This document shows positions 54,059 to 64,000 of a DNA stretch of 64,000 nt, piece by piece; position 1 is the first letter of the stretch; each line of letters opens with the position of its first letter. This stretch comes from the human T2T-CHM13v2.0 reference genome, Homo sapiens, in assembly GCF_009914755.1 (NCBI RefSeq), contig NC_060938.1; one strand, written 5' to 3'. The notes under the pieces were generated by a model that saw only the letters and a list, made by a program, of their open reading frames with translations, had not been told where the DNA came from and searched no databases. Both the position numbers and the translations under genes were made by a program.

Positions 54059-54794
54059 CATTGATATTTATGCTACTATTCATGAGTATTAGGAAATGTC
54101 TTTCTCTGATTATCTATTATTTCTATTACAAATTTTAATTTATGAAAATTCAAGCCTTTTCATAGTATCATATTCTATACTACTTTAGAATGCTACAGAA
54201 CAAAAGCAATGCAGAAATGCATTCAACAAAAATCCAGTATGTAGCCCTCAAAAGATTCTGTACTTTATATTTGGTAGTGCAGATCCCTAGAAATTCCTTA
54301 CCTCATTACTGTCTTCCTTATACCTGTGATCGCATTTAAAAAATATTAACCTAAGAATTCTTCAGCAATCCTGGTATGGGCTGACATTAACTCCAGGCCT
54401 TCAATATACCATGCCACCTCCCTGAACAAACTCAGCCATAGCCTCCAGTATCTATCTACAGGAGCTTAGGCTTCTCCAAGGCAAGTAAGTTCTTCAGATA
54501 GTGGTCTCTGTCAACGTATCCAAGCATAGTTCTCACCACTCTGCTTCATGCCACACTACAGTAAAACTAGTCATTGGAATAATTTTATCTATCTATCCTT
54601 GCTCATACGGTTCACCCTATCTGGAATGTCCTTTCCATGGATAAACTCATTTTATTGTTGTGAATAAATTCAGGTACCATCTCCTCTGGAGACATTTGCT
54701 AATGTCACATCTGTGTTTGCTTTCTCCTCTGCTCCCATGATGTCCAGTATATGTTACTAACATTCCACTAGTCAAAATATAGTGCATGCATTAT

Positions 54795-55950
54795 TTTTAC
54801 TTAGTTAATAGACTCTATTTTAACAGTTTTAGGTTTACCAAAAGAGTTGGGTAAAAAGTACAGAGTTCCCATCTACCGCCTCATTCCCCCTTCCCAGATT
54901 CTCCTGTTATTAATATCTTACATTGGTAAGGCACATTTTTTACAATTGATGAGCCAATATTAATATATTTTTAATTTTTAAAAGACCATAATTTACACTA
55001 GGGCTCACTCTTTGTACATTCTGTGGGTTTTGACAAATGTATAATGATATGTATCCACAGTATTATGCAGAATAATATCACTGCTCTAAAAATCACCTAT
55101 GCTCTATGAATTCACTTTACCTCCCTCTCTATAAACATCTGGCAACCACTTACCTTTCCACTGTGTCCATAGTTTTGTTTTTTCCAGAATGTCATGCATT
55201 TGGAATCATGTAGTAGGTACCTTTTTTATATTGGCTTTTTTCATTTAACAATGTATATTTAGGCTTTTTTCATGCCTTTTCGAGGTTTGATAGCTCATTT
55301 ATTTTTAGTGCTGAATAATATACTATTGTATGAATATCTCACCGTTTGTTTATCCATTCATCTGTTGAAAGACATTTTGATTGCTTCCAAGTTTTGGTAA
55401 TTATGAATAATGCTGTAATAAATATTTCTGCAAAGGTTTTTGTGCAGATATAAGTTTCCAACTAATTTGGGTAAATTCCAAGGAATGTAATGTTGGACCA
55501 TATGCTAAGATTATGTTTAGTTTTGTAAAAAATTGCCAAATTGTCTTCCAAAGTGGCTGTACCATTTTGCATTTCTACCAAAAATAAATGAGAGTTTCTG
55601 TTGTTTCACATCCTCACCGACATTTGGTGTTGTCAGGGATTTGGATTTTAGCCATTCTAATATGTATGTAGTTGTCACCTCATTGATCCTTCAATTCTCA
55701 ATTCCCTAATGACATATGATCTTGAGCATATTCTCATATGCTTGTTTGCCATCTGCGTACCTTCTTGCATGAGTTATTCATTCATATACTTTGTTCATTT
55801 TTTAATTGGTTTGTTTTCTTATTGACAAGTTTCTTATTGACATGTTCTCCATGTATTTTGGATACCTGTCTTTTATAAGATATGTGCTTGTAAATATTTT
55901 TCTTCCAGTTTGTGGCTTGTTTCTTCAGTCTCTTAACAGTATCTTTCTTA
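54795..55950 (-). mobile_element. L1MC (L1MC1/2-like) 3' end
   Basis: TTAATAGACTCTATTTT..AAGTACAGAGTTCCCAT..TACAATTGATGAGCCAATATT..GGGTTTTGACAAATGTATAATG. Confidence 0.82.
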
Positions 55951-55969
55951 ATAAAGTCTTTACAAATAA

Positions 55970-56258
<289 letters not shown>

Positions 56259-56329
56259 TACAAATAACCTTTCAAAAGATCATTATTTACTCATTTGCTT
56301 TAGAAGAGAGGCCTATTCAGATTTTGTAA

Positions 56330-59030
56330 TTGTTGTGTGAGTTTTGTTAGATCGTATCTTTCAATAGCTTGGTCTATTTCATCTAGGATATCAAAATTGT
56401 AGAGATAGAGTTGTTTACTCTATTCCTTTATTATCTTTTTAACGTCTATGGTATTAGAAGTAATGGCTCATCTTCATTTCTGAAGTTAGTAATTTGTGTC
56501 TTCTCTCTTTTCATAGATAACCTAGCTAGATTATTACCAATTTTATTGATTTTTTTCCTAAGTGCCAGCTTTTGGTTTTATTGATTTTTCTCTGTTTTAC
56601 TTTTTATTTTCAATTTTATTTATTTGTGTTCCACTTTTCCTTATTCTGCCTATTTTGGATTTATTTGCCTTTTCTTACAGTTTCCTAAGGTGAAAGCTTA
56701 CATGATTTTTATATCTTTCAACTTTCCTAGTAGATAGATGTATCTGTGGTTGTTTATTTTCCTGTAAGCACTGGTTTTCTACAATTTTTTCCACAAATTT
56801 TGATAAGCTGTATTATTTTAATTTACTTTAAAATATTTTTAAACGTCTCTTGAAAATTTTCTCTGAATTTTCACACTGTTGTTTTGTTTAATCTTCAAGT
56901 ATTTTTAGAGTTACCTAGCTATCTGTCTATTACTCCTAATTTAATTCCATTGTGGTCTCTAAGCATACTTTGTATTATTTCTATTTTTAAAAATACCTTA
57001 AAGTGTATCTTTGGCTCAGACTGTAGACCATATTGGTGAATGTCTAGTGCGAGCTTGAAAAGAATGTCTATTCTGCTGTTTTCAGAGGAATTATTTTATA
57101 GATGTTTGGATTCAGTTGATTGATGTGTTGTCTAGTTGAACTCTACCTTGTCTTACTGACTTTCTATTGCCAGATCTCTTATGATAGAAGGTATTGAAGT
57201 CTGCAACTAAACTGATTGATTAATCTATTTTTCCTTATAGTTTCATCAGTTTTTCACCACATATTTTTATGCTCTGTTGTCGGGTGCATACACATTAAGG
57301 ATTGCTTATTCTTTTGTAGAACTGACCCTTTTATCATTTTAAAATGCCCCACTTTATCTCTGATGACTTTCTTTACTCTGAATTCTACTTTGTTTGAAGT
57401 TAATATAGCCACTTCAGTTTTTTTTTTCTTTAAAGAAGTTAGCATGGTATATTATTTTCTGGCCCCTTACTTTTAATCTATTTGTGTCTTTATAGTTAAA
57501 GTAGATTTCTTATAGACAGAATATGGTTGGATCTTCTCTTTTAATTAATTATTTTAAAACTTTGATATTTAAAATGATCATTACTATAGTTGGATTAATA
57601 CCTACCATATTTATGTACTGTTCTCTATTGCTTTTCTTGTGTGTCTTACATTCTTTTTCTGCCTTCTCTGGTTTTAAGTAGGCATTTTAAATGATTCCAT
57701 CAGTGTCTCTCCTCTCAGCATATATGATTCTTCTTTTACATTTTTTAGCAGTTGCTATTGAGTTCACAATACACATTTACAAATAATTCAAGTCCTCTTT
57801 CAAGTTATACTATATGCTTCACAAGTAGTGTGAGTAACTTACAACAGAATATTCCTAATCTCTTTCATTCATTACTTATATCATTATTGTCACATATTTC
57901 ACTTATTCAAAAGTTGTAATTACCAAATATATTGTTGCTATTATTATTTCTATGAATAAAATGGTATGTTAAGAAAACAAAATATTTCATTGTACTTGAA
58001 TTCATTCCTTCTCTAATGTTCTTCCTTTCTTTAAGTAGATCTGAGTTTCTGATCCATATCATTTTTTTTTTATTCTGAAGAATTTCTTTTAACATTTCTT
58101 GCCACACAGATCTACTGGTGACAAATTTCTGCAATTTTTGTTTGTCTGAGAAAATCTTTATTTCTCCTTGACTTTTGAAGCTTAATTTGGCTGAATACAG
58201 AATTCTAGTTTGATGGGACTTTTTTCTTTCAACACGTTTAATATTTCACTTCATATTCTTGCTTATATAGTTTCTAACAGAAGTTAAATATAATTCTGAA
58301 CCTCAATCCTCTTTAGGTAAGGGTCCCCCAACACCACCCTAGCTTCTTTAAGATTTTTCTTTAACTTTCTTAAGTTTGAATGAGATATGCCCACAGATAA
58401 ATTTTTTTTGGTGTTTACTCCGCTTGGTGTTCTCTGAGATTTCTGAGTCAGTTGCTTGGTGTCATTAATTTTGGAAAATTTTCAGTGATTATGGCTTCAA
58501 ATATTTATTTTGTTCCTTTTTCTCTTCTCCTTCCTGGTATTCCAATTACGTTTGTTACACCTTTATTATCTTGTTTTTTGGAAATTCTGTTCTGTCTTTC
58601 TTGTTTTATTATTATTGTTATTATTATTTTGCATTTACATTTTTGGGAGTTTCTACTGACATTTCTTCAGATTCACTGATTTTTTTCCTTTGCTGTTTCC
58701 AATATATTGAGTCCTCCTGAGCCCTTCCAGAATGTTTAACCTCAAACTTGTCCACATAAAGTCTCCAGTCATCTGTTAATTACCATTTATGTTTTTCTAT
58801 CCCGGTGCTTGACCCTGGAGAGGTATCTGCTTCAGTAATTGTATGTCGCTGTATCTGCCTTTCTATCTCTCTAATTTTGGGGGCGGCAGTTTGGCCTGTG
58901 ACCTTAATTTTCTATTGGGTCAAAGATGAGTTGTTGATTTTCAATTTAGCTTTTTTCTCATTGTGAGGATGGGAATGATGACTTCCAAACTCTTTACATG
59001 CCAGGCCAGTAGCCAGAATTCTGTATGTAT
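56330..59030 (-). mobile_element. Old L1M ORF2-start/inter-ORF/ORF1/5' fragments
   Basis: Peptide EVAILTSNKVEFRVKKVIRDKVGHFKMIKGSV (endonuclease, 57254-57445) and an ORF1 end KFVTSRSVWQEMLKEIL (57907-58134). Confidence 0.8.
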
Positions 59031-62000
59031 CCTTTTATGTGCTTCTCTTATAACTGTTTGTAACACTTGGCATTGTTACCTTTGAAGGACCATAAAATCA
59101 TAAAATGTACATAGGATGAAAAAATAAGTTATCTGTGGCTGCTAATCACTAAATTCATGTTAAATTCCTTGAGATAGGAGCATTTTTTGTATCCTTAACA
59201 TGGAAGTGCCTAGTAGATAAAGATATTCTCAGTGAATAAAGAATTCGACTTACTTTCAAAAGCATAGCTTTGTGGACTCACTCAATGTCCCTAGATATGC
59301 TCAGACTTTCTGTGTAAAAGCACAGAATGCACTATAAAAAAAAATCTCATTTTAATTTACTTCACATCATGCCTAATAGTAAGATAGGTAATAAAGAATA
59401 ATTAATGACTACCACAAAAATGATGAGACAATTAAATGTGTCCTGATAAGCAAATAACTTTTCCATTTTGAGATGTCTTTACTTAGCATTTTGCACACAA
59501 GTTTGCCGAAAATAATCAAAATGAAATTCATAAATACAAATTAAAATGGATGGATACAGAGTTATATTTTATCAAGAAACAGTTAGATGGTTCCAGTTAC
59601 TTTGCAGTCTTTCATTTGCTGCCTAGTCTCAATCTATAAAGACCAAATACCTGGGGTACAAAATGTCTCTCTTTATGCTTCCTCACCATTTAGCATCCTT
59701 ATGAGGAGATTCACCACAGAGTTCTTCAAAGGGGAGCAATTCAGCACCCCAGGGCCAGGCCAACAGCAGTGCTTCCCAAACCGTCATCAGGCACTTCTAA
59801 GGATGAACAACAGCTCCCCAGGAGGTGTAGTGCAAATCCAGTCCTTTAAACTCATTTACTTTAATTGCGTAACATTTTAAATACTGCACGCCAGTGAGAG
59901 GCAGGTGGATCAGCAGGTGCAATGTGGCGATCTGCCAATAATGGCATCAGAAAAACAGTCCCTCACAGAGGCAAGAAGCAAAAGAGACTGAGTGAAGAAC
60001 TCCTCTGAGCTTAATGTCTATTTCATCCGGTAATTGCAGCAGAGGGGAGGATTTCCAAGCAATCTAAACCAAAGCTGTTTTATTCATTTTTAGCAATGCC
60101 TTTTTTTTAAAACAGTGGAGAAGGTCTCAGAAATAGAATTTGAGTCCCAATTCAGCCAAGTCCTTTCTACATTCACCCTACTAAGGCTCATTTATGGGTA
60201 AAGATGTAAAAAAAAAAAAAAACACAACAACAAAAAAGAAATTGTGAAAGCAAATGCTTTCTTTCTAAACGTTTTTTCATGAAAAATCTGAAGCATATCA
60301 TGCCAAGTTTTTGTATTTGGGTTCTGATTTAACCTGAGTAATGATATGAAGGAAAATTATTAAAATAACTCATGAGATTAATTTCTAAATGAGTAACTCC
60401 AAACTACATTAAATTCCTATTTCTCCTTTCATTGACACTCTTTATATATAAGGAAGAGAGAGTGCAGATAATGTACAAAAAGAAAGAGTATGCTATATAG
60501 AAATAAAACTGTCAAAAAGTACATGGTTGTGGAAATACCCAAATAAGAAATTGGAGATAGATAAATAAGTACAAATTTGTTAACTGTCATTTTTGTTTGT
60601 TTCTGGAAAAAGTTAAATCATGATAAATACTGTTTGGTTGGTTCGATTTTTAATCACAAACATCATTGACTAATTATTTATATTTTGGCCAAATTGAGCT
60701 CTGAAGACAAAGTCGTAGTGATTGGAGAGATGTGAATTTTTATTGACTGATTACCTTCTCAGTTTCAGGCTTCCTCTCCACTGAAGTGCCACTCTTTCAA
60801 AGTTCAAACAGAACTGGTGGTTAGCAAAGCAGCGTCACACACCATATCTTCATCAGCTGCTCAAAATATTCCAGAGTAAAGCAGAAGGGAAAATAAAAGG
60901 GAATGGTTGCTTTGTTTTAAGATGTACTATTAGCCAGGCCCTATGATAGCTGGTTTATCTGTTTAATCCACATATTCAAAAGGCAGATGTGATTCCTTCT
61001 ACTTTTCATTTGTGTTAACTAAGGCTCAGAGGTGTTAGCTAGCTCCAGCCATATAGCTATTGGGTGGTGCAGAACAGTTTCAAATGATTTTATCTTTCTG
61101 CCACAGTGAGTTCTTTGCTTGGAACATATGCTTTTCAAGATATATCAATAATTGAATTTAGGGATTACATGATAGGAAATGAGGTTTTTCCCTCCTATAT
61201 GTTTTACTATCAAGATAATGGTAGTAATGAAAACCCCAAGAAGAGACAGGTCTAGAAAACTAGCAACAGTCATTTTAAGAGTTCTGCCTACATGTAAGAT
61301 ATAAAAGTGATGTAAGTGGCTATACCTTCTCTAGTTTCTGCCTTTTATTTCTACAATGTTCATTAATAAAAGTGCCTGATCCAACTGATAAATCAGAAAA
61401 CACCTCTCATTTAAATACATCCGGTCTCTAATATTGTAGCAGCTTCTCAAGAAATTTTCTGTTCACTGTACCATTTAATATTTTAAATTAACCTATAGTC
61501 ACCCTTTTTATAATTCACTATTTTCATAACATAATTTTATGTATATTTTCAGTCATGTTAGTACACTGGGAAAAGCATGCAAAACAGGGACATAAGGATA
61601 TACCTATTTCAAAGCAAAATCATGCTGATGCTAAAAGGGAGGTCCGAAAAGGAACTTGGATAATAGAAAAAAAATACACAGCATAACTGTCCCACTTAGC
61701 ATATCTTAGTAACCAGTAATTAGAATAGAAGTTTGCATCATTCTTTTTAAAAATATGTGGAATGAGTTACTTCTTTGTTCTGTTGTTTAAAACTTGCTCT
61801 GGTGATGTTAAAGAATTTCTCCTCTCCACCCTGGCACTCATAGTGCCTTGACTAATCTTCCCAGTCAGCAGCAGGAGTCCTAAGGCAAAGTCAGGCAGAT
61901 GCGGGAAGGAACACTCATGATCGCTGATGAGGCCTCCTAGGAACCACAAATCTGTTATGGGGGGATTTGATGCTGCTTATCAAGTATCTAGTGAGAATAA

Positions 62001-62142
62001 ATGACTGGCTTCAAGTTAGCAACGCTCTGTCATTTGAGGAGTGAGAGGTTGGGCAAAAGATTATCCAGTTTGCGGATTACCCAGATTCTAACTCTCATCC
62101 CAACCTTAGGGAGTTTAAAAGTCATTTGATTCCTTCAAGAAG

Positions 62143-62144
<2 letters not shown>

Positions 62145-62174
<30 letters not shown>
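62145..62174 (+). repeat. Poly(A)30
   Basis: Directly visible homopolymer. Confidence 0.97.
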
Positions 62175-62176
<2 letters not shown>

Positions 62177-63059
62177 AGAGGAGACAAAATCAGCCTATCT
62201 TTATGTTCATTAGTAGAAGTGCTGGGTTAAAAAAGAAGCTGAAACCAACAGCAAAATTCATATTGATGTGAAATATGGATTTGATATACCAGATTCTTAA
62301 TTACATAAAATGACAGTGTGCTGAAATATTTATATGGTGAAAATGATTAGATACAATGTCTAATAGGTAAGATAAGTGGTGCAGCATAACCTTTACTTTT
62401 AGTCTTGTTTACAGTAAGATAATTTGTTTTAACACAGAAGATATATAAAAGAAGTCAGAAAGACTAAGATAATTTCTGTCACTAGGGGCAGAAAGTTATC
62501 AGGAACATGGCAGAGATAAATCTAGGAATGCAAAAAGAAAGGTTACGATGGAAATGGAAACAATAAGCTTTGAGAAGTTCAGGGGCATTTTGAAGACAGT
62601 ATTACCAGAGCTGAAGAGTAAATCAATAAAATAAGTTTACCATTCATAGACTATGGCTGAAATAATTACCCAATGTTATGCTTTTGTAAGAAAGATGATA
62701 AGTCCAGAGGGAAGAATTGAGATAAAAGAATCAATAATGAGCAAATTAATTGTTACTTACATGGAGTAAATTAAAATAGGCACTAAATATAAATATTTGC
62801 AATAAAATTTGAGGGTAAAAATATAGGAAGAATTATAATGATGTAAAATGTCATTATGATTTGGGAGAGAGAAATTTTAAAAGCATTTAGAATCATCAGC
62901 ATGAGGATTTTATCTTTATATACTTGGAAGTTTTAAGTTTAGTTTCATTTGATAAAAGGAAAAAAGCTAATAATGTAAACCTTTCAAATGAGTCATTGGG
63001 ATGTAAGGTTAAGAAAATGTAATAAATTCAGTTGAAGTTCAGAAAACAACATAGAAAAA

Positions 63060-63440
63060 CAAAATAAATAAAAAAGTAATTTATAAATGAGAAAAACAAA
63101 AAAATTGTAGAAATAAACACAATCAGTTCCATAATTCCATTAACTGTAAATGAATTAACATCATAATTTCAAATATCAAGATTAACTGACAAGAAAAAAA
63201 TACAAGGCCAATATGCTTACAGTTAATATATCTCAAACATATTAACACAGAAGAGTTGATCATAAATGGATAGAAAAAATATGTTAGGAAAATATAATGA
63301 GAAAAAACTTGGAGATAATCAATATGATTACTGAAAATAGACTAGTTTATATGCTTAGTTTGAGATGAAAAGAGTCCTTCATAAGATTAATCCTTGATAA
63401 GGATTAGTAAGTCCTTGATAAGTTTAATCTAAGTACATCT
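63060..63440 (+). mobile_element. Ancient L1 ORF2-start fragment
   Basis: GTAGAAATAAACAC..ATAATTCCATTAACTGTAAATGAATTAAC..ATATGCTTACA resembles the L1ME endonuclease start. Confidence 0.5.
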
Positions 63441-63451
63441 ATTAGAAAGCA

Positions 63452-63522
63452 CAGTAATCCCCCCTTATCCATGGTTTTACTTTCTGCAGTTTCACTTACC
63501 TGTAGTCTGGAAATATTAAGTG
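63452..63522 (+). mobile_element. MER44/Tigger7 left-end fragment
   Basis: CAGTAATCCCCCCTTATCCATGGTTTTACTTTCTGCAGTTTCA is homologous to the 46491 element. Confidence 0.7.
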
Positions 63523-63908
63523 GTGTTCCTTTGGCCGTAACAATCAGCAGAGCCTTCTATTTGGCCATCCTGTTCCCGATTTCTGTCTGTCTTTTTAGGT
63601 TTTAAGTTATGTTTGGTTATATTCATTTTTCATAACTTATATTTTCATAGATGTCTTAGAAATTTAAGCTGTATGTTTACCAAAAAAATGAAGTGACATT
63701 TCAAAAGCCTGTTGTAACTAGAGGTACAGTTCTATATTGTAATTACTATAGCCTTAAGTTTCTTCTTTATTTTTTATGATAAATATTGTTAAGGGTCTAC
63801 TTATTTGATCAGCACTATTGTTTCCTCACTTCCCATTTTTTTAAGCTTTTATGTTGCTTATTTCCTTATGTGTTATTAGGTTTATTCAATTGTAATTGTC
63901 CTAACTTC

Positions 63909-64000
63909 TTTTTTTTATTTTTTTGAGATAGAGTTTCGCTCTTGTTGCCCAGGCTGGAGTGCAATGGCGCGATCTCGGCTCTCTGCAACATCCCCCTCCT
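63909..64000 (-). mobile_element. AluSp-like right arm, cut off by the window edge
   Basis: GAGTTTCGCTCTTGTTGCCCAGGCTGGAGTGCAATGGCGCGATCTCGGCT. Confidence 0.88.

Overview
This is AT-rich, CpG-poor primate DNA, almost certainly human, because it carries an AluYb8 with the diagnostic 7-bp duplication. I found no host protein-coding exon, RNA gene or CpG island, so the window looks intergenic or deep intronic, and roughly half of it is transposon-derived. The main elements are: (1) a 5'-intact L1PA7-like LINE-1 (2930-8021, +) with an ~1.07-kb endonuclease deletion and dead ORF1/ORF2, but an open 110-aa antisense ORF0 homologue; (2) a two-LTR ERV-L provirus (MLT2B/ERVL, ~16817-23216, -) with a nested MADE1 and an MLT1A LTR; (3) a twin-primed, 5'-inverted L1PA8-like element (29990-34732) inside an older L1MA. 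There are also eight Alu-family SINEs, solo LTRs (THE1, MER50, MLT1), back-to-back MER44/Tigger2a DNA transposons, old L1M/L2/MIR fragments and several microsatellites. All long ORFs are L1, ERV-L or Alu remnants or repeat artefacts. I cannot support a previously undescribed biological system here. The best leads are the intact ORF0, the young AluYb8, the twin-priming junctions and several template-switch hairpin scars. Repeat subfamily names come from recalled consensus sequences and need RepeatMasker/Dfam confirmation.
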